Origin: a virus
Lineage: Duplodnaviria; Caudoviricetes
Virus record (IMG/VR): IMGVR_UViG_3300036835_000480
Span: 1,224-65,223 of that record
Direction: 5' to 3' (one strand)
Length of the DNA: 64,000 bases
Shown here: piece after piece, positions 9,301 to 17,343 of the stretch
Position numbering within the stretch: the first letter of the stretch is position 1
Layout: each line of letters starts with the position of its first letter
Notes under the pieces: generated by a model
What the model saw: the letters and a program-made list of their open reading frames with translations, nothing else
Database searches by the model: none
What the model was told of the DNA's origin: nothing
Program-made: the position numbers and the translations under genes

Positions 9301-9931
9301 CGGATCGCCGCAAGTAGCCCCCGTTATTCCACGTCAAGCCTAGTCGCTCACACGAACGATCCACATCGAACCCCAGGTGTTGCTCCCCCAGCCATTGCTC
9401 GACCGCCTCCGCGGGACCAGGGCCGAAGTCGGGGATAACTTCGCGCCCCAAGTTGCAGTCCTCGCAGATTAAATAGCTGCCGCGCGTGACCAGCGGTGCG
9501 TACAGACGCAGTTCGGCGAGGACGTGCGGCGCGGCGTGGTCGCTGTCCAGGATCACCAGGCGTGGGCCGGGCGCGCGGGCCACGCGCTGCACGACCGCCT
9601 CCGCGGTGGCCGGATCGGCGCTATCCCCGAGCAGGTAGTGGATACCCGCGTGGACCGGGCGCGCGGCGTTGTACTCGATGTCGATCGAGATGACCTCGCA
9701 CTCGAAGCCGGCCAGAGCCGCAATGCTCGCCAGGTAGAGCGCCGAGCCGCCCAGCCAGCTACCAGTTTCAATAATCCAACGGGGGCGGATGTCCCAGAGG
9801 AGCTGCTGATACAGCCATAGGTCGCAGGGGTTCTTGAGCAGCGGCACCCCGAGCCAGGTCATAGTCTTCCAGGTCTCGGTTTCGGCGCCGTACCACTCCC
9901 GATTGAACGCCTGGACAATGTCGGCGTCCAT
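9293..9931 (-). CDS. CmcI-family (rhamnosyl O-methyltransferase/cephalosporin hydroxylase) methyltransferase
   Basis: WLGVPLLKNPCDLWLYQQLLWDIRP, IIETGSWLGGSA, VILDSDH, GSYLICED. Confidence 0.9.
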   Translation of the reverse strand: MDADIVQAFNREWYGAETETWKTMTWLGVPLLKNPCDLWLYQQLLWDIRPRWIIETGSWLGGSALYLASIAALAGFECEVISIDIEYNAARPVHAGIHYLLGDSADPATAEAVVQRVARAPGPRLVILDSDHAAPHVLAELRLYAPLVTRGSYLICEDCNLGREVIPDFGPGPAEAVEQWLGEQHLGFDVDRSCERLGLTWNNGGYLRRSDG

Positions 9932-10542
9932 CACTCGCCTCCATGCGGCCCCGTCGGGCGAACGGACAACAGGAACGGCTCGAAGACGATCTGCCCCTCC
10001 CAGCGGGCCACGGTCTCGCGGATAAAATCCCAATCCCCAGCATAGTGAGGCGCCCAGGCCCCCAGGCGCGACGGATCGTTCGGAATCGCGATCCCGTCAG
10101 CATCACAATCCCCGTAGGCCAGGCGCGGCTCGCGCCAGACCGTGCCGCCGTAGCGGGTCTCCACACGGAAGAGCCGCGGGCCGGGCGGCGCCGCGGCGAT
10201 CGACGCCTGGAGCGCCGCGATCGCGCCCGGCGCGAGCACCTGATCATCCTGGCTCCACAGCAGCCACTCACCGCGCGCGAGCGCCAGTCCGTGCTGCCGC
10301 TGCGGCTGCCCCCACGCATGGAGCCCGCCATCGTAGGGGGCATAGCCGGCCTGGTACTGGGCACAGAGCCCCGGCACGGGGACGAGCGCCGCGGCGTGGG
10401 TGCCGGCGTGCGTATCGCCGACGACCAGGATCTCGCAGACCGCCGGCCCGGCCTGGCCGCGGATGGCGCCGAGCGTGTGGACGAGCCCCCGCCGCCCGCA
10501 GGTCGGGACGATCACCGAGACGAGCGGCGCTACTCGATCCAC
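9931..10542 (-). CDS. GT-A fold glycosyltransferase (GT2-like)
   Basis: VSVIVPTCGR, EILVVGD, ARGEWLLWSQDD, YAGDWDF. Confidence 0.85.
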   Translation of the reverse strand: MDRVAPLVSVIVPTCGRRGLVHTLGAIRGQAGPAVCEILVVGDTHAGTHAAALVPVPGLCAQYQAGYAPYDGGLHAWGQPQRQHGLALARGEWLLWSQDDQVLAPGAIAALQASIAAAPPGPRLFRVETRYGGTVWREPRLAYGDCDADGIAIPNDPSRLGAWAPHYAGDWDFIRETVARWEGQIVFEPFLLSVRPTGPHGGE

Positions 10543-10631
10543 GGCCAGCCGCCTTTCACGACCGCGACCAGATAGACCGCCACCAGCAGGCACACGATAA
10601 GCTCCAGGATGGCCAGCAGGTCAATCAGCAC
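10530..10631 (-). CDS. small single-TM membrane protein
   Basis: LIDLLAILELIVCLLVAVYLVAVV hydrophobic stretch. Confidence 0.45.
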   Translation of the reverse strand: MLIDLLAILELIVCLLVAVYLVAVVKGGWPWIE

Positions 10632-10649
10632 GGGGCACTCCGACGATTC

Positions 10650-10746
10650 TGGCGTGATTGCGCCAGTTTTGGCTATAATTGGGCACGCCAAATGCCCGCG
10701 TGCCGCTAGGGACGGCCGCGGGCGTAGCACCGAAGGAGATGCTTCG
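10650..10746 (+). promoter_or_regulatory. endonuclease-cassette palindrome/-10 plus leader hairpin
   Basis: TGGCGTgattGCGCCA-8-TATAAT; hairpin 10693-10724. Confidence 0.75.
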
Positions 10747-11817
10747 ATGCCTCGTCAGGCTAGCACACGCCAGCCCCCGGTGACGCTTTCGTGCGCCCAG
10801 TGCGGCACGCCGTTTTGGCGTCACGTCTCGGAGGTCCGCAAGAACCCACCAGGGAGCCCCGCCTACTGCTCGCGGGCTTGCTGGCGCCGCGCCATACACG
10901 CCCAGCCCCAGGTCACCTGTACCTGTGAGCACTGCGGCGTGACATTCCAGCGCTGGGCCGCCATCGTCGAGAGTGGCCGAGGCCGCTTCTGTAGCCGGGC
11001 CTGCACCAACGATGGCCGTGATTCGCGGATTGCGCTGACGTGTGAACAGTGTGGTATTACGGTCTACCGCTGGCCCGCCGAACTGCGCCGCTCCCGCGCA
11101 TCCCAACATACCTACTGCTCGCGGGCCTGCGCTACCGAGGCCAAGCGCTCGTCGCTCCCTCGCATGGCCGTGTATGCCATCGTCCATCTGGCGAGTGGCC
11201 GGCTCTACATCGGGGCCACCACGCACCTCGTGCGCCGCTGGGGCAGCCACCGCTGGAAACTCGGCAACGGGTCGCACGAGAACCCCGTCCTGCAAGCGGC
11301 CTGGACGCGCGAAGGTGCCACCGCATTCGAGTTTCGCGTGTTGGAGACGGTGAGTGATCCAACCCAGTTGCCGGTCCGGGAACAAGCGTGGCTGGACGGC
11401 TCCCATAGTGCCGAGCCGGCACAGGGCTTTAATATCCACCCCCAAGCGGAGAGCCCGCGCGGGCGCAAACAGCGACCCGAGGTCATCGCTCGGATGGCCG
11501 AGCGACAGCGAGGGCGCCCCCACTCGGCCGCGACGCGGGCACGTATATCGGCGAGCGCGATGGGGAACCAGCGCGGCGTCGCGACCTTGAGACGGTATAC
11601 CGCACAGGCCCGTGCCTTGTCGGATACGCAAGTGGCCGCGATTAAACAGGCTCTCGCCGCTGGCGACTACGTCGCCGCCATCGCCAGACGGGCAGGGATC
11701 GCGACGTATGCAGTTGAACATATCGCCAGAGGGGACACCTATCGCCATGTCTTGCCCGAATTGGATGCGGCCCTGCGGCAGCGGGCCGATGGGCGCAAGC
11801 GCCGGCGGGGCTCTTAG
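10747..11817 (+). CDS. free-standing GIY-YIG homing endonuclease with zinc repeats and NUMOD3-like motifs
   Basis: AVYAIVHLASGRLYIGAT...RWGSH...HENPVLQAAW...REQAWLD...GFN; HSAATRARIS. Confidence 0.88.
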   Translation: MPRQASTRQPPVTLSCAQCGTPFWRHVSEVRKNPPGSPAYCSRACWRRAIHAQPQVTCTCEHCGVTFQRWAAIVESGRGRFCSRACTNDGRDSRIALTCEQCGITVYRWPAELRRSRASQHTYCSRACATEAKRSSLPRMAVYAIVHLASGRLYIGATTHLVRRWGSHRWKLGNGSHENPVLQAAWTREGATAFEFRVLETVSDPTQLPVREQAWLDGSHSAEPAQGFNIHPQAESPRGRKQRPEVIARMAERQRGRPHSAATRARISASAMGNQRGVATLRRYTAQARALSDTQVAAIKQALAAGDYVAAIARRAGIATYAVEHIARGDTYRHVLPELDAALRQRADGRKRRRGS

Positions 11818-11828
11818 AGCCAGGCCGT

Positions 11829-12359
11829 TCATGCCTCCACCGCCTCTCCCGCAGGGATAATGTCAATGGAACATTGACAATTTCCTAGTCAGGTTCTAGA
11901 GCCCACTTCGGGCAGAGTCCCCACCGGGACGGGGCCGCGATCGGTTAACTCCTGACATTCATCGCAGCTAGCCGCCGATTCACTCAAGACGTTCTGCTCC
12001 ATCGCATCTTCCGGAGCATCTCTGCGGATCACACCGCTATAGGTACCGCGAACCGCACCGCCGTACATGCTCAATCTTTGCATCGCCTGGGGCCCAAAAT
12101 CGCCTGGCGCCGTATCTAAACCTAGTACACTCAAATACGAGTACTGCTGTCTAAGCCGACTCCCCACAAACCCCCGCGTCGAGGCATCCATCTGGTCCCA
12201 GCCGCCCCTGGCCAGCGCCGCCGACGTGACGTGCGCATTCTTGAGGGTTTGTTGAACCCCGAGCCGCCAGGAAAGCGTGTCGAGCCCCTCCGCGCGCCGC
12301 TGGCCCCAGACGGCGAGCTCGGCTTTTGTGGCCGCTACCAGGTCGTCGAGGTTACTCAC
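11829..12359 (-). CDS. minor capsid/head morphogenesis (MuF-like) protein with an in-frame TGA at 11889-11891
   Basis: CDEC...LPEVGSRT[TGA]LGNCQCSIDII; frame continues 19 codons past the TGA; located after the portal gene. Confidence 0.7.
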
Positions 12360-12592
12360 GCCCCGCCTCCGAACTCGGCGCGCAGCGCCGCGGGGTCGAG
12401 GTCGAGCGCCGCGCAGGTGCGGCCGATGGCCCCCTGCGCGCGGACCAGGAAGGCGCGCTGCTCGGGCGCCAGCTCGGTCGCCACGCTGAGCACCAGCGCG
12501 CAGTAGCTCTGCGTGGCGATCAGCAGCGTCACCAGGTCGTAGACCGTGCTAAGCACGGCCACCGTCTGGGCCTCTTGTTCGAGCTGCCCCAT
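12356..12592 (-). CDS. hypothetical protein
   Basis: GTGA overlap with the minor capsid gene. Confidence 0.6.
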   Translation of the reverse strand: MGQLEQEAQTVAVLSTVYDLVTLLIATQSYCALVLSVATELAPEQRAFLVRAQGAIGRTCAALDLDPAALRAEFGGGA

Positions 12593-13003
12593 AGAACGTG
12601 CGGCAGGGGACTGTCGCCTTCAGGCGACAGAGGAATGCCGTCAGCCCGCAGGCTGAGCGCGTCCTCGTCCCCGCCTCACTCCTTCCGTTTATTGGCGTCG
12701 TTACGCCAAATCTCGTATACTACTAGGAGTCGGCTCTCCCTTGCGGACGGCGCCTCCGGGATGCCTCCAACCGCGTAAACGGTGACCCGACATGACCGGG
12801 GTAGCATGGCGAGCCGTGAGGCTCCCGGCGGGCAATCAGCGTACTGCCGTCCGCCCCGGCCGGGCTGCCCTAGGCCCTCGGGCCTAGCTCTCTCGCTAAG
12901 AGCATCACCCAGCCCAACGTAGGGGAGCGGGTGTCGCGAGTCCGGTGTCACGGGTCGAACGCTCCACTTACAAGCCGTTCGCCTTTAGGCGACGGTCGGT
13001 GAT
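12593..13003 (+). mobile_element. non-autonomous, ORF-less IS200/IS605-type element (411 bp)
   Basis: left hairpin CTGTCGCC-TTCA-GGCGACAG; right end CAAGCCGTTCGCCTTTAGGCGACGGTCGGTGAT; removal restores a TGATG stop/start overlap. Confidence 0.8.
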
Positions 13004-13023
13004 CAGCGCACCTGCCAGTTATC
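12726..13023 (+). ncRNA. candidate TnpB omegaRNA-like structured RNA with flank-derived guide
   Basis: downstream of TATACT (12716-12721); several hairpins (GAGCC-GTGA-GGCTC, CTAGGCC-CTCG-GGCCTAG); ends in the IS605 right-end hairpin. Confidence 0.5.
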
Positions 13024-13194
13024 CAGCCGCGGGTTCGGTCGCGGTGCGGGTACGGGCGGGCGCGCTGCGTTCCAGATGGTCGCGCGCGCGATCGCCTTGT
13101 AGGTCACCGCGTAGCCGTTGCCCGTGCCCCCGGCCTTCCCGCTCAGGCGCCAGGCCCAATCGGGGAGATCCCGCCGCGGCGTGCGGGCGCTCAT
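13003..13194 (-). CDS. hypothetical protein
   Basis: TGATG overlap with the upstream ORF. Confidence 0.55.
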   Translation of the reverse strand: MSARTPRRDLPDWAWRLSGKAGGTGNGYAVTYKAIARATIWNAARPPVPAPRPNPRLDNWQVR

Positions 13195-13403
13195 CAGCAC
13201 TGCCGCTGGTACCGCTGCGCCCACTCCCCCGCGAGCGTCAGCAGTCGCGCGAGATAGGGGCTCGCCAGCCACTCGGTCGGCTCGTCGTTGCCCGCTGCCC
13301 GCCGCGCGGCCCACTCGCGTTCGGTCGCCAGGAGCAAGGCCGACTGGAGCGGCTCCGGGTACCGCTCGATCGGCACGCCCCAAACGGACGCCAGGTCACT
13401 CAC
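13194..13403 (-). CDS. hypothetical protein
   Basis: overlaps the portal stop codon. Confidence 0.55.
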   Translation of the reverse strand: MSDLASVWGVPIERYPEPLQSALLLATEREWAARRAAGNDEPTEWLASPYLARLLTLAGEWAQRYQRQC

Positions 13404-14958
13404 GGTGCCGCCCGTTCGCGTGCCCGTTGCGCCGCGCCTTGCCGCTCCCGGCCAGCGCCGCCTCTAGGTCGGGCAGGCCCAACCCCGCGACCCACTCCTG
13501 GGCGCGGGCGATATCCGCAGCGGTGATCCGCACCGGCGGCGGCTCGGCCTTCACCAGCACCTCCCAGCCGCTCGCGGCCTGGAGCGCCGAGGGCTCTAGC
13601 TCGGGGATCGTGTCGCTCGCGCCCGGCTCGGGCGTGGCGGCCGGCGCCGCGGGCTCCTCCGCGGGCACGGGCTCCGGGGCCGGCGGCGGCTGGAGCTGAT
13701 CGGACGGCAGGGCCACGACGGCGACGGGAACGAACAGCACGTCGCCGTCACTGAGCGCCGGCCGCCCGAGGTCGGCGCGCGCCTCATTCACCGTCAAGAA
13801 TGGGCCGCCCACCGCTTCTTTGAGCCGCGCGTATTTCTGCGTCTCGTCCTCGGCGAAGGCGCGCAGGTCGGAGAGGTCGCGAGCGATGCGGATCGTCGGG
13901 TCGTCGGTGAAGTCGGGCAGGAGCTGCGCCTGCAGCTTGGCGTCGTCCTGCGCCCAGAGCCCGACCAGGGTGGCCTCGGTGAAGTACTCGCGCGCCTGGC
14001 GGGCGTTGGCGTAGGTCGCCGCGTCGAGGCCGGCGCCCAGGCCGGCGATGATCGCGGGCACGCGCAAGACGGCGCTGATCCTTTCCTCTGGCACAGAATG
14101 GATGTCACGCAGGAGCATCTGCTCGGGCGAGAAGCCGACCTGGGCCATCGTGGCGTCGCCGCCGATCACGCCGACCCGCCCGCGGCGCTCCTCGCTGTAG
14201 AGCCACTGCGCCGTCTCGGCGAGCTGGCGCGCCTGCTGCTCGGTCAGCGCGTTCTTAGTCGTGATCATCATCCCCGGCAGGGCGTAGTTGCCGAGCAGGG
14301 TATCCGTCCAGCGCGCGGCCCGCTCGTCGGTGGTCACGGCGCGGACCAGGCGCGCCAGCGGCGAGAGGCCGCGGCGGGGGTCGCGGTCGTCGAGGCCGAG
14401 GCGGAAGTGGATCACGTCGCGCGGGTCGAGGTCCTCGAACTGGCCCGAGGCGTAGAACCAGCGGTAGTAGCTGATGAAGTCATTGCCGGTGCTGAAAATC
14501 TGGACCCGCGTCGGGCTCATCGGCCAGAGGCGCACGACCGCGCCGCGCTTCGACGTGCGCTCCTTGCGGACGAAAGCATTGCCGTCAAGGTGGTAGGCCC
14601 AGGTCGCCCAGCCCCATAGCTCCAGCGCGGTGATAAACGGGTTGGGGTTGTCGAGCAGGAGCTGGCAGGGATGGTCGGGCAGCCATGCGCGCTCCTCGTC
14701 GGCGTCGATCTGCCACACCTTGAGCGGCGGCTCGCAGTAGGAGGTGCCGAGCGCGGCCAGGCAGGCGAAGACGGCGCTATTGCCGTCGCCATAGGCCACC
14801 GCGCCGGCGGCCGGCACCGCGGCGGCGCTGCCGCCGTAGGGCGCGAGCCCGTCGGGGTAGACGGGCAGCAGGTCGAGCGCCGCCTTCTGCGCGGGCGCGG
14901 GCGCCGCGGCGCGGGCCAGGAGCGGCGGGCCGAAGCGCAGCCAGTTAGGCACGGGCAC
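13396..14958 (-). CDS. portal protein, HK97 family
   Basis: NSAVFAC, LLDNPNPF, LDGNAF, VIHFR...GLSPL, ATYANA, LTVNEARADLG. Confidence 0.95.
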   Translation of the reverse strand: MPVPNWLRFGPPLLARAAAPAPAQKAALDLLPVYPDGLAPYGGSAAAVPAAGAVAYGDGNSAVFACLAALGTSYCEPPLKVWQIDADEERAWLPDHPCQLLLDNPNPFITALELWGWATWAYHLDGNAFVRKERTSKRGAVVRLWPMSPTRVQIFSTGNDFISYYRWFYASGQFEDLDPRDVIHFRLGLDDRDPRRGLSPLARLVRAVTTDERAARWTDTLLGNYALPGMMITTKNALTEQQARQLAETAQWLYSEERRGRVGVIGGDATMAQVGFSPEQMLLRDIHSVPEERISAVLRVPAIIAGLGAGLDAATYANARQAREYFTEATLVGLWAQDDAKLQAQLLPDFTDDPTIRIARDLSDLRAFAEDETQKYARLKEAVGGPFLTVNEARADLGRPALSDGDVLFVPVAVVALPSDQLQPPPAPEPVPAEEPAAPAATPEPGASDTIPELEPSALQAASGWEVLVKAEPPPVRITAADIARAQEWVAGLGLPDLEAALAGSGKARRNGHANGRHRE

Positions 14959-15133
14959 GACGAGCCTCCTTCCACTCCCAGAGGTCGAGCTGACGGGCGA
15001 TCAGCAGCGGGCCACGCCCGCGGCGCGGCCGCTCGATCTGGTAGACCACGCCGCACTGCGGGCAGCGAATCTCGATGCCGGCCGGCGAGATGCGCGGCAG
15101 GGCGAAGGCGGTGCGGCACTCCCAGCAGGTCAA
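14945..15133 (-). CDS. Com-like zinc-ribbon protein, copy 3
   Basis: TCWECRTAF...IEIRCPQCG; TTG start after GGAG. Confidence 0.55.
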   Translation of the reverse strand: MTCWECRTAFALPRISPAGIEIRCPQCGVVYQIERPRRGRGPLLIARQLDLWEWKEARRARA

Positions 15134-15172
15134 CGAGTTTTCTCCGTATCCGCTGTCTGGTCCCAAAACCCC

Positions 15173-15201
15173 TTGTATTTATCATCAGATAGGTGTACTA
15201 T
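15173..15201 (+). promoter_or_regulatory. conserved cassette promoter P3
   Basis: TTGTAT-17-TACTAT, spacer TTATCATCAGATAGGTG. Confidence 0.8.
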
Positions 15202-15239
15202 AAGAGTAGGATAGGAACGCAGCACGAAGGAGACGCCCG

Positions 15240-15758
15240 ATGACCGAGACCATGACCGCCGCCCAGTCCGTCGCGATCTTCAACGACCTGATCGCCAGGC
15301 AGGCCGCCCGCGTGCGGGGCTACGGCGAGAGCATCGCCACCATCGCCGCCGACCTCGACCCCGCCAGCATCGAGCAACTCGAAACGCTCCAGATGATGAA
15401 GGACGGCCTGGGCCGCGAGCTGGGCCGCCTGAACGACCTGATGCGCGACGCCGCGGCCCGCCGCGCGGAGGCCGCCCGCGAAGCCGCCGCGGCGAAGGCG
15501 CCGCTGGATCTCCAGCGCGCGGCGCTCGACCTGGCCAGCAAGCTGCACGCCGTCCGCGGCGAGCGGCACGACGGGATCCTGCTCTGGAACCGCGCGCTGC
15601 GCGCCAGCCTGAAGAAGGCCATCGACGGGCTGGTCAGCAAGGACCTGCGCCAGATGCGCGAGGCCGTTCAGATCACCCGCGGCTGCCTCTACGCCACGAG
15701 TATGGACCACCAGCCGCTCCGCGAGCAGGCGAACGCCCTGGCCGAGCGGCTGGGCTAG
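15240..15758 (+). CDS. coiled-coil hypothetical protein
   Basis: AAGGAG RBS, strong GC3 codon bias. Confidence 0.75.
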   Translation: MTETMTAAQSVAIFNDLIARQAARVRGYGESIATIAADLDPASIEQLETLQMMKDGLGRELGRLNDLMRDAAARRAEAAREAAAAKAPLDLQRAALDLASKLHAVRGERHDGILLWNRALRASLKKAIDGLVSKDLRQMREAVQITRGCLYATSMDHQPLREQANALAERLG

Positions 15759-15770
15759 CAGGAGAGAACG

Positions 15771-16094
15771 ATGGACACCCCGATCATCATGCACGGTCCC
15801 GGTATCACCGTCGAGGACCACGGCGCGATCCGCCTGGTCCGCACCCTTACCGAGACGCTCCTGGCGCGTACCGACCGCCCGAATGGCCGCGCCTTCCGCG
15901 TGGCCCGCCGCGGCGACGACGACGCCTGGTGGATCTGGGAGCACCACCCCACCGAGGCCCAGCGCTGGGCACGCGGTCGGGCGCACGCGGGCTGTAACCA
16001 GGAGCGCTGCCGCCTCGGCCCGCTGGGCGGGCACCAGGAGCGCGAGCGCACCGAGTTCTGGGCGCGCTACCTGCTCAGCGACCAGGCCCGCTAG
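15771..16094 (+). CDS. hypothetical protein
   Basis: AGGAG RBS. Confidence 0.65.
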   Translation: MDTPIIMHGPGITVEDHGAIRLVRTLTETLLARTDRPNGRAFRVARRGDDDAWWIWEHHPTEAQRWARGRAHAGCNQERCRLGPLGGHQERERTEFWARYLLSDQAR

Positions 16095-16099
16095 ATAAT

Positions 16100-16128
16100 T
16101 TGCAACTATCGCTGTACTACTGTACAAT
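16100..16128 (+). promoter_or_regulatory. conserved cassette promoter P4
   Basis: TTGCAA-17-TACAAT, spacer CTATCGCTGTACTACTG. Confidence 0.8.
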
Positions 16129-16169
16129 GTGATTAGGTCAGGTATAGCGACGCGAAGGGAGTACATCAA

Positions 16170-17252
16170 GTGGCACACGAGATCCTGGGTAAGCGCTTCG
16201 GCCAGGTCGAGGGGCGCCGCCCCGCCTGGCACGGCATCCAGGGCGCGACGTTCGCGGTCGGCACGTCGGCCACCGCGGCGGCCGAGGCCATCGGCGCGCT
16301 CTACGAGGTCAGCAAGGAACAAGCCTACGTCCAGGTCGACGGCGTCTGGACGCCGATCCCCGACCAGTACGCCCTGGTCCGCCCCGACTTCGGCGGCAGC
16401 GAGGCCGGCGACGCGGGGCGCGTCATGCCGCAGGTCGTCAGCGGCAGCTACGAGCTGATCCAGCACCGCGACTTCGCCAGCATCCTCGATCCGCTCAGCG
16501 AGCGCTGGCAGGTCGAGACCGCCGGCGTCCTCTCTAACGGCGGCCAGCTCTTCTTCTGCTTCGCCGCCGGCCAGTACGTCGTCAACCAGGACGCAATCAA
16601 GCTCTACTGGATCGCCTCCGACTTCAAGAACGGCCGCGCCGCGCGCCTCTTCTCGGCGCACACCCGCGTCGTCTGCAATAACACGTTCATCATCGCCGAG
16701 AGCGGCGCCATCGCTAGCCTCAAGTTTCCCCACACCCGCGGCGTCGCCGCCGAGCTGGAGTTCGCCGTCGCGGCGCTCGCCGCCGCCGAGGCGCAGCAAG
16801 CGCAGGTCGCCGCGCAGCTCGAAGCGATGGGCCGCCATCCCCTCACCACCCAGGAGCTGCACACGCTGCTCGCCGCCACCTACCCGATGCCCCAGGCCCC
16901 CCGCCGCGTGCGCACCGTCGAGGCGCTGGAGCGCGGGCGCGCCTTCCTCGCCGAGCACGCCCCGCTGGCCGCCTACTCCGCGGACATCGCGCGGCTCGAC
17001 GAGGTCCACGCCCACAACCGCCAGCGCGTCGAGGAGCTGCGCGCGGCCACCCTGGAACGCTACCACGTCTTCGGCGCCGAGCGCTCCGACTACCGCGACA
17101 CGGCCTGGGCCGCCTGGAATGCGATCACCGAGGTGAGCAACCACCGCCAGGGGCGCAACGCGGCGACCGAGGGCGAGATGGTCCTCTTCGGCTACCGCGG
17201 CGACGAGATGCGCCGCGCCTGGCGCGAGCTGACTAGCCTGGCCGGCTGCTAG
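16170..17252 (+). CDS. DUF932-like phage/plasmid protein
   Basis: MAHEI...PAWHG, ETAGVL..G..LF, RVVCNNT, HT, TAWAAWNAITE..NH. Confidence 0.8.
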   Translation: MAHEILGKRFGQVEGRRPAWHGIQGATFAVGTSATAAAEAIGALYEVSKEQAYVQVDGVWTPIPDQYALVRPDFGGSEAGDAGRVMPQVVSGSYELIQHRDFASILDPLSERWQVETAGVLSNGGQLFFCFAAGQYVVNQDAIKLYWIASDFKNGRAARLFSAHTRVVCNNTFIIAESGAIASLKFPHTRGVAAELEFAVAALAAAEAQQAQVAAQLEAMGRHPLTTQELHTLLAATYPMPQAPRRVRTVEALERGRAFLAEHAPLAAYSADIARLDEVHAHNRQRVEELRAATLERYHVFGAERSDYRDTAWAAWNAITEVSNHRQGRNAATEGEMVLFGYRGDEMRRAWRELTSLAGC

Positions 17253-17343
17253 CCCGCGCGCGATGCAGCGGGGCGGCGCGGCCACGCGCCGCCCTCGCGC
17301 TGTCTGTCCGCCCGTCGCCCCCAGCGCCCGCACGGCGGTCTCC

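Noticed and set aside
12593-13003. Group I intron/IStron, or a real 91-aa ORF (12676-12951), inside the mini-element
   Set aside because: I could not identify group I core elements, the element's promoter faces opposite to the late mRNA, and the ORF has no RBS or recognisable motif.
15198-17333. 711-aa minus-strand ORF and similar long antisense ORFs (59202-61487, 48589-50097, 10621-11832)
   Set aside because: They are shadow frames of GC-rich genes; the opposite strand has the promoters, RBSs and recognisable motifs.
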